Positions 49,610-59,633 of a stretch of 64,000 nucleotides of DNA are shown here, piece by piece. Position numbers and translations under genes: made by a program. The notes beneath the pieces are model-generated. The model made no database searches, was not told the origin of the DNA, and saw only the letters and a program-made list of their open reading frames with translations. The stretch is from Spirochaetia bacterium (GTDB taxonomy: Bacteria; Spirochaetota; Spirochaetia; SZUA-6; Bin103): positions 448,251-512,250 of the forward strand of contig CBDCDL010000001.1 in NCBI GenBank assembly GCA_965215345.1. The letters are read 5' to 3'. Positions within the stretch are counted from its first letter, which is position 1. The number at the start of each line of letters is the position of its first letter.

Positions 49610-50990
49610 ATGAGCGGCAGCGCCTGTGCTCGCCAGCTCGGCATCCCGGCGAGCACCTTCAACGAGAACCGGCGCGCCGGCGTCATCGCCGACCCCACAC
49701 CCGCTCCGGTCGCCGCCGCAGACGCTGCGCAGGCGGCCACCGATCTTGGCGCCGGCGCCCCCATCGACCCGGCGCCCGCCACCGATCGCGCCAGCCGCGA
49801 CGCCCGCGACACGCACGCCCCCATGGGCCGTGCGGCGCGTGACGTCGAGGGCCGCACCCTCGCCAGTGCCGGCGTGCTGACCGAGGCCACACCGGTGTTC
49901 GCCGAGCCGGCCCACGCCGTCGCCCACGGCGGTGTCCTGGCGGCACTGCCGATGCTGCTGCGCGAGGGACTGCTCGATGCCGCCAAGCGCCTGTTCCGCC
50001 TGCCGGCCGGATTCTACGGGCTGAGCACCATCCTCCTGTTCGTCGCCTTCATGGCGCTGGCCCGCGTACGCAACCCCGAGGCGCTGCGCTACCAGGCGCC
50101 CGGCGAGTGGGGCGCCATCCTCGGCCTCGACCGCTGCCCCGAACCCAAGACGCTGCGCCGCAAGATCAGGCTGCTGGCCAGCGCCGAGCACACCGTGCGC
50201 GCGTGGCAATCGACGCTGGCCCGTACCTGGGCCAGCGAGCACGACGACGATTGGGCCACGCTGGCCGTGGACGGCCACGTGAAGGTCTACTCCGGGCGCA
50301 ACGGGCGGCTGCCGAAACACTTCGTCGCGCGCCAGAAGCTGTGCCTGCCGGCCTCCGTGAGCTACTGGATCAACGCCCTCGGCGGCGCGCCCCTGCTGTG
50401 CTTGCACAAGGCGCTCGACCCCAAGCTGGTCAAGGCACTCGAACACGACGTGGTGCCGCAGTTGCTGGAACTGGGCGTGCTGCCGCACGCGGCCCCCGAC
50501 CTGACCCAGCCGCACGCCAGCGCCCCGGCGCTCACCCTGGTGTTCGACCGCGAGGGCTGGAGTCCGGAGCTGTTCAAGCGCCTTGCCCGCCGCGGCATCG
50601 CCTGCATCACCTGGCACAAGAACTTCAAGGGAGAGGACTGGCCGCAGGAGCAGTTCCGCAGCCGTGCGGTTCCGATTCATGGGCCCGCCGGCACCAGCAC
50701 CGTTGACCTCGCCGAGCAGCGGATCGTCCTGCGCAACGGGCTCACGGTGCGCCAGATTCGGCGCCGTCTGGACAACGGTCGCCAAGTGCCACTGATCACC
50801 ACCCACCCACAGATGCCCGTGCAGCAGGTCGCCGGCGCCCTGTTCTCGCGCTGGTCGCAGGAGAACTTCTTCAAGTACCTGCGCGAGCAGTTCAACCTCG
50901 ACGCCCTGCCCGCGCATCGGCGCCTTCGAGCAGACACACGAACCGCCGGCCGCGACCTCCACGGCCCCCCAATCCCCGCAGGCGCCCCAG
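49610..50990 (+). mobile_element. DDE-type IS transposase gene (family not assigned); the C-terminal part runs into an IS110 fragment
   Basis: Transposase-like blocks (...HVKVYSGRNGRLPKHFVARQKLCLPASVSYWINALG... and ...QVPLITTHPQMPVQQVAGALFSRWSQENFFKYLREQFNLDALP). The ORF tail after this is low-complexity. Confidence 0.5.
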
Positions 50991-51530
50991 AGGTCCCCGG
51001 AGGCACCCGAGCCGACCCCGCAATCGTTCAGTCTGCCAGCCCATCTGACGCGGCTGTTCGGCACCGACCTGACCCTCATTCCCGGCATCGGGTCGGCCAC
51101 CGCGCTGGTACTGTTCAGCGAACTCGGCTCTGATCTGTCGCGGTTCCCGAGCGCGTCGCAGTTCGCGTCCTGGTTGAACCTCTGTCCGCAGACCAAGATC
51201 ACCGGCGGCACGGTGATCAGCTCGCAGACCGGGCCCGGCGTCAACCGGGTGGCGCAGGCGCTGCGCATGTCAACCCAGAGCCTGTACCGCAGCCGCTCGG
51301 CGCTGGGCGACTTCTTCCGCCGCAGGCGCGCCAGCGTCGGCACCCCGCAGGCGATTACCGACACCGCCCACAAGCTGGCGCGCATCATCTACCATCTCAT
51401 CACGCACCATGCGGATTACGACGACAGCATCCTCGACACCCATCAGCGCCAGGACCGAAAACGCCTTGAGCGCCGCCTGCGCAACGAAGCCCGCGCGCTC
51501 GGGTTCGATCTCGTTCCGGAGGCCGCCTGA
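50990..51530 (+). mobile_element. 3' fragment of an IS110-family transposase gene (transposase_20 / HhH region only)
   Basis: The IPGIG motif region reads ...LFGTDLTLIPGIGSATALVLFSELGSDLSRFPSASQFASWLNLCPQTKITGG...AHKLARIIYHLI, with no N-terminal DEDD domain present. Confidence 0.55.
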
Positions 51531-51583
51531 CGGCCTTACCAACGGGACGAGAGAGCGGGTTTCTAAGGAGGAGGAGTCAGGAC

Positions 51584-51886
51584 TTGATAGCCGAGTTGCT
51601 GCGCTATTGCAAGAGCGAGTTCGGTGTCGATCTGAGCCGGTCGAGCGGGCCCAGGGATCTGCTGGCCGCCGAACTGGGGCTGCCGATCGGCAGCGGTACC
51701 GTGGAGAGTGCCTGCAAGAACGTGGTCGCGGCGCGGATGAAGCAGAGCGGCATGATGTGGGGCATGCCGGGAGCGACCGGCATGCTGCAACTCCGCGCAT
51801 CCCTCAAGAGCCGCCGCTTCCGCCGCGATCACGAGCGCCTGCTCCCCTTCTCACCTCCACGGCAGTCTGAACGCATGGCTGCCTGA
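51584..51886 (+). mobile_element. Possible C-terminal fragment of another IS transposase (ISKra4-like tail)
   Basis: ...LPIGSGTVESACKNVVAARMKQSGMMW... resembles conserved transposase C-termini. The call is weak. Confidence 0.35.
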
Positions 51887-52037
51887 GATCCGTCACGCTG
51901 AGGGAATGCACCCGGTAGTGCGGTAGTGCCCCGCCGGTAGTGCCTCGCCAGGAATGAGGGTAAGGTTCGGAGGATCCATGGGTACGGTACCACCGTTGCA
52001 GAGGAGCTGGTGCCGGCGCCAGCTCCTCTGCGGGCTG

Positions 52038-53249
52038 ATGGAACCGGTGCAGTTCGACCGGGAGTTGCGCCGACTGTTCGGGCCGCAGGCGCGTAGCGAG
52101 GGGCCGCTGGCCGTCAGCGGCGCGGGGCGGCGCTTGCTCGGCATCGACCTGCGGAGGAGGCTCGATGCCGAACAGGTGGCCCTGCTTCTGGATGCCCTGA
52201 GCCAATTCCGCATCGTGTGCATTCCCGGCCAGGATCTGGATTCCTTTTCGCTGGCCGACTTCGAGCGTTTCGCCAATCACTGGGGGGCGCCGGTTCCGCA
52301 TCCCACCAACTTCCTGCGCGGGGGCAAGCCCGCCCAGTCCGACGGAGCCTCCGACGGCCCGATCGAGACCGTGCCGTTCGCCCAGCGACGCGCGGCGTCC
52401 GTGAACGCGGCGTTCCCCGGCCGCCTGCAGTGCCTCCCGCACGAGTCGCCGGCGGTCCTGGTGGTGGCCAACTTCCGGGGCGGCGCAGCGGGCGGGGGGA
52501 GCGTCACCACCAGCGTGGGCGGCTCGTGGCATACCGACATCGAGTACGAGCCGCTGCCGATCTACGTGTCGATGTTCCTTGTCCATCACATGCCGCTACG
52601 GCGTGATGCGCCCGGCGGCACGTGGGTGCAGCGTCCGGAGCGTGGCGAGGGGCCGGCAAGCCGCTACTTCGCAGGCTCCGACCCGGAGTTGATGCGGCTG
52701 CGCACGACGCTCCCGTTGAACGGCGAGACCGCGTTTGCGGACACCGCCGCGGCCTTCGCGGCGCTGCCGCCGGAGCGCCAGGAGTTGCTGGAGCGAACGC
52801 GGGTACGACGCCGGCTGAACGAAGGCGACGACGGCTGGCTGGCCCCGCTGGTGCGCACCATCCCGCGCTCCGGCATCAAGGCGCTGCACAGCCCGGTCTG
52901 GGCTTCGCGGCCGCGCATACGCCCGCCGGTCGAAGTCGACGGGATGTCCCGCGAGGAGTCGCGCACCTTTCTCGATGAGCTGGAGGCGCACGTGCTGCAA
53001 CCGCGGTTCCGCTACGACCACCCGCACGTGCCGGGCGACGTGACGCTGTGGGACAACTACATGACGCTGCACAACGTCCCGCTGCTCAAGGAGAACATCG
53101 ATTCGATCGACGATGCGCGCCTGCTCTATCGCCTGAGCTGCAAGGGCGAACCGGCGTTGACCCTGCCCCGCAACGACCCGCCCGAGTGGCTGGACGCACA
53201 CGTCACCGCCGGCTACGCCACCCCGGCGGCGATCATCGACGGGGCTTGA
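52038..53249 (+). CDS. TauD/TfdA-family Fe(II)/2-oxoglutarate dioxygenase
   Basis: Blocks WHTDIEYEPLP, ...GDVTLWDNYMTLH... and a TauD-like C-terminus. The start may be the ATG at 51978. Confidence 0.7.
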   Translation: MEPVQFDRELRRLFGPQARSEGPLAVSGAGRRLLGIDLRRRLDAEQVALLLDALSQFRIVCIPGQDLDSFSLADFERFANHWGAPVPHPTNFLRGGKPAQSDGASDGPIETVPFAQRRAASVNAAFPGRLQCLPHESPAVLVVANFRGGAAGGGSVTTSVGGSWHTDIEYEPLPIYVSMFLVHHMPLRRDAPGGTWVQRPERGEGPASRYFAGSDPELMRLRTTLPLNGETAFADTAAAFAALPPERQELLERTRVRRRLNEGDDGWLAPLVRTIPRSGIKALHSPVWASRPRIRPPVEVDGMSREESRTFLDELEAHVLQPRFRYDHPHVPGDVTLWDNYMTLHNVPLLKENIDSIDDARLLYRLSCKGEPALTLPRNDPPEWLDAHVTAGYATPAAIIDGA

Positions 53250-53275
53250 ATCTGCGCCAGCCGGGAGAATCCACG

Positions 53276-54295
53276 GTGCCAGCAGCCGGTCGGGTCGTCG
53301 TCGTCGGGAGCATCAATACCGACCTGGTCGCCTACGTCGAGCGTCTGCCGGAGCCCGGAGAGACCGTGGGCGGCGCACGGTTTGCGGAGACCGCCGGCGG
53401 CAAGGGTGCGAACCAGGCGGTAGCGGCAGCGCGCGCCGGCGCGTCCTGCGTGCTGCATGGCGCAGTGGGCGATGACGCGTACGGCACGGCGCGTGTCGAT
53501 GATCTTGCCGCGGCCGGTGTGGCAACCGAGCACGTGGCGGTGCTCCCGGAGGAACGCTCGGGGGTGGCGCTGATCTACGTCGACGCGCGCGGCGAGAACC
53601 AGATCGCCGTGGCGCCCGGCGCCAACGGCGCCTTTCGGTTGGAGGCGGAGGCGTTCTGCGCCGGAGTGGGACCGAACGACGTCGTGCTGCTGCAGAACGA
53701 GGTCGCCCCGAGCGTGACGACGGCGGCGATCGCGCTGGCGCGCGACGGAGCGACGGTGATGTGGAACATCGCTCCCGCGTTGACGGCGGTCGGCGAGGCC
53801 GAACGGGCCGCCATCGTGCAGGTGGACTATCTGATCGTCAACGCGGGTGAGCTGGACGCGCTCATGGCGCGTCGGGCCGGGGAGTCGGCTACCGAGGCGG
53901 CGCGCCGGGCGGTCGCCGAGCTCGGCTGCCCGCGGGTGTTGGTGACACTCGGCGCCGACGGTGCGGTGCTGGCCGATGCTCGCGGCGTCCATCGACAGGC
54001 CGCAACATCCGTACAGGCGATCGACACGGTAGGGGCAGGCGACTGCTTCGCGGGCGTGTTCGCGGCGTCCATCGCGACCGGCCGGGAACCGATCGACGCG
54101 CTACGGCGGGCCGTCGCCGCGGCCGGTCTGTGCGTGACGCGTGAAGGGGCGCAGCGCGCCATGCCGTCGGACGAGGAGATTGTCCGCGCCACTACCCTGG
54201 CGGACGTGAGCCCGACGTCCGTGGGCCGCGTGCTGGCGCCACTGCGTCCCGGTGAAGACCTGCTCGCAGAGATGCTCGACGATGATCGGGATTGA
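53276..54295 (+). CDS. Ribokinase / PfkB-family carbohydrate kinase
   Basis: Motifs VVVVGSINTDLV, GGKGANQAVAAARAG and DTVGAGDCFAGV. GTG start with a GGGAG ribosome-binding site. Confidence 0.8.
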   Translation: MPAAGRVVVVGSINTDLVAYVERLPEPGETVGGARFAETAGGKGANQAVAAARAGASCVLHGAVGDDAYGTARVDDLAAAGVATEHVAVLPEERSGVALIYVDARGENQIAVAPGANGAFRLEAEAFCAGVGPNDVVLLQNEVAPSVTTAAIALARDGATVMWNIAPALTAVGEAERAAIVQVDYLIVNAGELDALMARRAGESATEAARRAVAELGCPRVLVTLGADGAVLADARGVHRQAATSVQAIDTVGAGDCFAGVFAASIATGREPIDALRRAVAAAGLCVTREGAQRAMPSDEEIVRATTLADVSPTSVGRVLAPLRPGEDLLAEMLDDDRD

Positions 54296-54488
54296 CACGA
54301 CGTTTCTCGTTCACCTTGAGATCCAGGAATCCGAAGCGCATGCAGCAGCGATGGACCTGGGTCGCAAGCGCCTGCTCGACACGACGCTGGCGGCCACGTA
54401 CTACGCGAACGGGATCACCACGATCGCGACGTCGAATACCCGTGACTATCGGGGGTTCGGCGTTTTCGACCTGGTCGAAATCCGGTAG
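54282..54488 (+). pseudogene. Remnant PIN-domain (VapC-like) ORF with an internal deletion
   Basis: It has only the N-terminal (MIGIDTTFLVHLEI) and C-terminal (ATSNTRDYRGF) PIN blocks in 68 aa. Confidence 0.3.
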
Positions 54489-54543
54489 CCTCGCGCCCGT
54501 GAACGCGTCCCAGTGGGTCGCGAGCGATGTCGCGTAGCGTGAC

Positions 54544-55704
54544 TCACCTGAGGTCCAACTCCTCCAGGGCCTCGCGCCAGTGCAGGCACAGGACGCCGTC
54601 AAGGAGCATGCGCGTCGGATCCCTGCTGATGCACAGCGCCAGCGGGTCGGAGAAGTCAGGAGTGAAGCGGGCGAGCTGTCGGACGTCCCGCTCATCGATA
54701 CGTTCGGACGACTTGATCTCGATCAGGGCCTCCGGCATGCCCGGGCGTTCGATCACCAAGTCGATCTCCACCCCGGCTCCCGTCCGAAGGTAGGAGAGCC
54801 TCCAGTCAGGGTAGCGATATCGCGACAGATGCAGGATCTGGGTGATGACGAAGTGCTCGAACGCCTTCCCGTACTCGTAGGTCCCGGTCCGGAGCGGCAC
54901 GTCGAGCGTTCGTTGCAGCGATCGTCTGACGCCGGTATCGAAGTAGTAGAACTTCGGATTGGCGCTCTGCTGCTTCCTGATCGAGCGGTGATGGGACGGC
55001 AGGAGAAAGCCGACCAGCGTGTCTTCCAGGATGCTGAAGTAGGAGATGACGCTCTTGGGATCCGCTCCCACGTCCCTGGCGATGTTGGCGTAGTTGACGA
55101 TCGCGCCATTCGATTGCGCGGCGACCTCCAGGAACTCCCGGAAAGGATCGAGCCTGCGGATGATCTGCTCGGCGACGATCTCCTCTTTCAGGTAGGTCAG
55201 GGCGTATGCCCGGAGGTACGCCCGTTTTTCTTCCGCGCTCTCCAATGAGTAGATCTTGGGCAAGGTCCCCCAACGCAAGGCGTCGTCGAGTTCGAACGCA
55301 TCCTGCAACTCGGGCACGGTGAGCGGGTAGAGGTTGTACACGAACGCCCGCCCGGCCAGGAGGTTCGACGCCCCGCGCCGGAGCTTTCTGCCGCTGGATC
55401 CGGTGAGCACGAACCGCCTGCCGGTGCTCTCGATCAGCCGGTGGGCCACGTCCAGGAGCCGTGGCACCCGCTGCACCTCGTCGATGAGGATCCACTCCAC
55501 CGATGCGGGGAGCGCTCTGACCTCGCTCTCCAACAAGCCCGGGCGTCTCCGGTACCGGTCCTCCATCTCCGGGTCCAACAGATCGACGTACATCGACGCG
55601 CTCGCGTCGAACGCATCCTGGATCCAGGTGGTCTTGCCCGTGCCGCGTGCGCCGAACAGGAAGAACGAGTTGCGTCGGCCGGCATCCAGAAGCCTGGGGA
55701 ACAT
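54544..55704 (-). CDS. AAA+ ATPase with a C-terminal DUF4143 domain
   Basis: Walker A (FGARGTGKTT) and Walker B (ILIDEVQ), in the typical AAA_14 + DUF4143 arrangement. Confidence 0.75.
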   Translation of the reverse strand: MFPRLLDAGRRNSFFLFGARGTGKTTWIQDAFDASASMYVDLLDPEMEDRYRRRPGLLESEVRALPASVEWILIDEVQRVPRLLDVAHRLIESTGRRFVLTGSSGRKLRRGASNLLAGRAFVYNLYPLTVPELQDAFELDDALRWGTLPKIYSLESAEEKRAYLRAYALTYLKEEIVAEQIIRRLDPFREFLEVAAQSNGAIVNYANIARDVGADPKSVISYFSILEDTLVGFLLPSHHRSIRKQQSANPKFYYFDTGVRRSLQRTLDVPLRTGTYEYGKAFEHFVITQILHLSRYRYPDWRLSYLRTGAGVEIDLVIERPGMPEALIEIKSSERIDERDVRQLARFTPDFSDPLALCISRDPTRMLLDGVLCLHWREALEELDLR

Positions 55705-55715
55705 GGCGAGATCCT

Positions 55716-55770
55716 ATTCGAAATGAGGATCATGGTCCATATTTCCATTCGAAATGAGGATCATGGTCCA
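55716..55770. repeat. Two perfect direct copies of a 24-bp element (ATTCGAAATGAGGATCATGGTCCA) separated by 7 bp, in a divergent promoter region
   Basis: Read directly. Confidence 0.8.
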
Positions 55771-55835
55771 CGTGCAGGCGAGGGGCTCTCGCGGCGTGCC
55801 TTTACGCCCGGAACGGTCCGGCACAGGATACCGGC

Positions 55836-57359
55836 ATGTCGAGTGACCAGTACCCCTCCGACTCCACGTCCTTCAAGGTCGCCTTCATCGGCGCCGGCAG
55901 CATCGGGTTCACCCGCAAGCTGGTGGGGGACATCCTCGCCGTACCCGAGTTCGCCGGCATCGAGCTCGCCTTCATGGACATCAGCGAGCAGAACCTGTCC
56001 ATGGTCGAGCGCCTGGTGCGGCGCGACCTGGAGGCCAACGGCCTGCACGGCGTGCGCCTCGCCGGCACCCTGGACCAGCGGGAGGCGGTGAGCGGGGCGC
56101 GCTACGTGTTCTGCACCGCGCGCATCGGCGGACTGCCCGCGTTCGCCACCGACATCGAGGTGCCGCTGCGCTACGGCATCGACCAGTGCGTGGGCGATAC
56201 CCTGTGCGCCGGCGGCATCATGTACGGCCAGCGCGGCATCCCCGTGATCCTGGCGCTCTGCAAGGACATCCGCGAGGCGGCCGAGCCCGGCTGCCGGTTC
56301 TTCAACTACTCGAACCCGATGGCCATGCTCACCTGGGCGGCCAACCGCTACGGCGGGGTGCCGACGGTCGGCCTGTGCCACGGCGTGCAGGGCGGCCACA
56401 CCCAGATCGCCGACGCGCTGGGCATCCCCGCCGAGGATCTCGACTACCGCGCTGCCGGTATCAACCACCAGACTTGGTACATCCAGCTCCTGCACCGCGG
56501 CCGCGACGTCGCGGGCGAGCTGCTGGAGGCGTACGAGCGCCACCCGGTCTACCGCGAGACGGAGAAGGTGCGGATCGAGATGCTGCGCCGCTTCGGCTGC
56601 TACTCGACCGAGTCCAACGGCCACCTCAGCGAGTACGTGCCGTGGTTCCGCAAACGCCCGGACGAGATCCGCGACTGGATCGACATGAGCTCCTGGATCC
56701 TGGGCGAGACCGGCGGCTATCTGCGCGTGTCAAGCGAACGGCGCGACTGGTTCGAGGAGGATTTCCCCCGCTGGATGGCCGAGCCGCCGGCGCGGTACAC
56801 GCCCGGGAACCGCTCGACCGAGCACGGCTCCTACATCCTGGAGGGGCTTCAGACCGGACGCGTCTACCGCGGCCACTTCAACGTCGGGAACCGCGGCTGC
56901 ATCACCAACCTGCCGGACGACGCCTGCGTCGAGGTGCCCGGTTACGTCGACCGCACCGGCCTGCACATCCCGCGGGTGGGCGACCTTCCGCTCGGTTGCG
57001 CCGCCGTCTGCAACGCCAGCATCTCCGTGCAACGGCTCGCGGTCGAGGCCGCGATGCGCGGCGACGACCGGCTGCTGGTGCAGGCCATGATGATGGACCC
57101 GCTGGTCGGCGCCGTGTGCACGCCGCCGGAAATCGCGCAGATGGTCGACGACCTGCTGATCGCCCAGGCCGAGTGGCTGCCGCAGTATGGCACGGCGATC
57201 GCCGCCGCCCGCGAGCGGCTGCGCACGGAGCCGCGACTGCCGACCCGTGACTGGGAAGGGGCGGCCCGGCTGCCGGTGCGCAGCATCGAGGAGCTCCGCC
57301 AGGAGGACGCCGCAAAGACCATCAAAGCCGAGGAAGAAGCTCTGGCGGCCGGCGCGTAG
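55836..57359 (+). CDS. GH4-family NAD+-dependent glycosidase (alpha-galactosidase/alpha-glucosidase type)
   Basis: Rossmann N-terminus KVAFIGAGSIGF plus GH4 blocks (CHGVQGG..., INHQTWY). Confidence 0.85.
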   Translation: MSSDQYPSDSTSFKVAFIGAGSIGFTRKLVGDILAVPEFAGIELAFMDISEQNLSMVERLVRRDLEANGLHGVRLAGTLDQREAVSGARYVFCTARIGGLPAFATDIEVPLRYGIDQCVGDTLCAGGIMYGQRGIPVILALCKDIREAAEPGCRFFNYSNPMAMLTWAANRYGGVPTVGLCHGVQGGHTQIADALGIPAEDLDYRAAGINHQTWYIQLLHRGRDVAGELLEAYERHPVYRETEKVRIEMLRRFGCYSTESNGHLSEYVPWFRKRPDEIRDWIDMSSWILGETGGYLRVSSERRDWFEEDFPRWMAEPPARYTPGNRSTEHGSYILEGLQTGRVYRGHFNVGNRGCITNLPDDACVEVPGYVDRTGLHIPRVGDLPLGCAAVCNASISVQRLAVEAAMRGDDRLLVQAMMMDPLVGAVCTPPEIAQMVDDLLIAQAEWLPQYGTAIAAARERLRTEPRLPTRDWEGAARLPVRSIEELRQEDAAKTIKAEEEALAAGA

Positions 57360-57365
57360 CCGGCC

Positions 57366-57930
57366 ATGTCGGGCGGGAGAATTCCGGACGGGCCGTTGGT
57401 CACGTTCGAGGACATCGTCGATGCGCTGCGGCACGTGCAGGTCGGTCGCGGCGCGGTCGTCTACGCGCACAGCTCGCTCAGCAGCATGGGGTACGTGCCG
57501 GGCGGGGCGGCCCATGGTGGAAGAAAGCATCGCGGCGCTGCACCGGAATCCGGCCCGGTTCTTCGCGGACGGTGAGCGAAGCGATTACGTTCGCTGGTAT
57601 CGGAGCATCCCGTCCCTCCGACGACGCATCCAGGCGGGCGCGGCTCAGGTGCCGATCGCTCCGGCTTCCGAGTCGTCCGGATCGGAGCCCTGACCGTGAT
57701 CGGCGGTCCCGGCGAGCTGTTCGCTCAGACAGCGCTCGACATCAGGGCGGGCCACCCGCGGGACCGGACGGTCATCGCCGGACTGGTGAACGGCGACCTC
57801 CGCCACCCGCTGCGTACGCGCAGGGCGGCTACGAGGTGGCGCCGAGCGCCCGCTCCCGATTCGACCGGCGCGCCGAACCGATGATCAGGCAGGCGATCCG
57901 CCGGCTACTCGCGGCCGGCGAGTAGCGCTC
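57366..57930 (+). pseudogene. Decayed gene; the first frame resembles the N-terminus of AAC(3)-family aminoglycoside N-acetyltransferases and is followed by frameshifted pieces
   Basis: ...VTFEDIVDALRHVQVGRGAVVYAHSSLSSMGYVPGG... followed by frame changes. No intact long ORF remains. Confidence 0.3.
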
Positions 57931-57934
57931 TCAG

Positions 57935-58444
57935 TCAGGGCGCCACTCGACTGGCGAAACAGCCGGGGAGCGCTTTACCCACGTCCTCGACCGACACGAC
58001 GATGCAATCGGAAATGTACGTGCGCTTCCACGGCGTGTCCGCCTCCTGAGCCAGGCGATCTCGCAGACGGTCGGTCAGACCAGCCATCAACGGTGGCTGC
58101 AGCGAAAGGCGCTCGGTACCGATCACGACGACGTACCTCATCGGCTTCGTGTCCCGCGCCATGAGGTGAAGGAACCCGTAGGAGGTGCGGGCCTTGGGGG
58201 CCAGCTCCTCGTGCGTGAGCTCCTTCGATTTCATCTTCTTCACGAAATTCTGACGATTGGCGGCCGGTGCGTGCGCGGCGGACGGGTCCTTGACCTCCAC
58301 CGACACGAGCTCGTCTGCTCTTTCCGCTATGAAGTCGACCGGCGACACGCCCTTCGGGAAGGATGCGCCGGGGCGGTCGAAGTGTTCGGCGTGCCATTCA
58401 TCGCCAAACGCGAACCGAAGTTCTCCTTCCGCGAAGGGAGTCAT
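57935..58444 (-). CDS. Small PD-(D/E)xK-like protein, downstream partner of the ABC-type ATPase
   Basis: ...PVDFIAERADELVSVEVKD... fits a D...E-x-K motif. Its start overlaps the ATPase stop (ATGA). Confidence 0.45.
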   Translation of the reverse strand: MTPFAEGELRFAFGDEWHAEHFDRPGASFPKGVSPVDFIAERADELVSVEVKDPSAAHAPAANRQNFVKKMKSKELTHEELAPKARTSYGFLHLMARDTKPMRYVVVIGTERLSLQPPLMAGLTDRLRDRLAQEADTPWKRTYISDCIVVSVEDVGKALPGCFASRVAP

Positions 58445-59517
58445 CGGGCACGAGTCCCCAGCGAGCGCTCGATCTCGCGGTCATAGAGCGACGTGAACGC
58501 TTCGGCAATTGCGCTGTGTCCGAGCTTGAACGGCCGGTCGGCGGATTCGCAGCTCACCTCGCCTTCCGAGTCGCGATACAGCGCGTGAAAGCGAACTTCG
58601 TCGTCCTCCAGCATGAGCAGCTCCAATTCCTTCAGAACGGCGTACTCATGGGTGGCGATCAGGATCTGGACGCCCGACCGTTGAAGCTGCAGCAGGGCGT
58701 CGATGACCACGGTGAGAAGTTTCGGGTTGAGATGAGCTTCGGGTTCATCCCAGAATAGAACGGACCCCTCCGGCAAGGATCCGTTACGGATCAGGAGCCA
58801 CAGGAGTCCGAGCTTGCGCATCCCTTCCGCGAGCAGTGTGAACTCGATTTCGCGTTCCTCCGTCTTGAGAAAGAACTCCTCGTTTTCGACCGCGACATTA
58901 CCTCCGATCGCGTCCGCCAAGTCTACGAGGATTCGCGCGCGCGTGTCATCCAACCGTCCGCGCAAGGGCGGCAGACAGGAACGGTCGATGATGTCGGCGT
59001 AAACTTCCTCGAAATGGATCTCTCGATACGCGTAGAGTGAGCGGAATCCGGGAGCGTGTGCAAGCATCTCCGTGGCAGGAACGAAGACGCTCCTTGTATT
59101 CGTATTCGACCAACCAGCGTCGATGACTTCGACGAACTGCCGCAATTCGGCGAACACCGGGATGCGGATCCTCCGGTCTTCGCCGCAGACTTCCATGATT
59201 CCCGGGTGGTCGTCGCCCGGATGTCTCATCAACCGTCCAACGTCGTCCCCTGACGGCAGGAATATCTGTACCAGCTTGTCGTGAGCGGCAACCTCGGTCA
59301 AGGACTCAGGAGTCATTCTGGTGAATTCGCATGCTGCGTAGGCAACTTTCAGGAGGTGAGTCTTGCCGGTCCCGTTGGCTCCCACGAACACGTTCACGCC
59401 TGGGCCGATCTCCAGATCGAGTTTCTCGAACGCCGTGAATCGTTCGATACGAATGCGCGTCAGCGTGCGGTACGTACGCTTTGGTGGACGACCGGTTACC
59501 TGGGATTCATCGTGCAT
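58441..59517 (-). CDS. ABC/SMC-type (AAA_21-like, OLD-family-like) ATPase
   Basis: RecF-like N-terminus IERFTAFEKLDLEIGPGVNVFVGANGTGKTHLL. Walker B/D-loop LFWDEPEAHLNP and H-loop LIATHE. Local GC is lower than the flanks. Confidence 0.65.
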   Translation of the reverse strand: MHDESQVTGRPPKRTYRTLTRIRIERFTAFEKLDLEIGPGVNVFVGANGTGKTHLLKVAYAACEFTRMTPESLTEVAAHDKLVQIFLPSGDDVGRLMRHPGDDHPGIMEVCGEDRRIRIPVFAELRQFVEVIDAGWSNTNTRSVFVPATEMLAHAPGFRSLYAYREIHFEEVYADIIDRSCLPPLRGRLDDTRARILVDLADAIGGNVAVENEEFFLKTEEREIEFTLLAEGMRKLGLLWLLIRNGSLPEGSVLFWDEPEAHLNPKLLTVVIDALLQLQRSGVQILIATHEYAVLKELELLMLEDDEVRFHALYRDSEGEVSCESADRPFKLGHSAIAEAFTSLYDREIERSLGTRAR

Positions 59518-59633
59518 TCTGATGCCTCCGCGCGAAGTCGACGGAATCGGGACATTGCACGCGCTCGGCTGACCTTGACAACGATTCCCGTCGAAGTCGC
59601 TGCCCGGGTCGGATCGGAGGCATGGCCGCGCAA

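Noticed and set aside
48602-51388. 928-aa minus-strand ORF spanning the creatininase, transposase and IS110 regions
   Set aside because: It crosses several unrelated genes and is very Arg/Gly/Pro-rich. It is a high-GC open-frame artefact.
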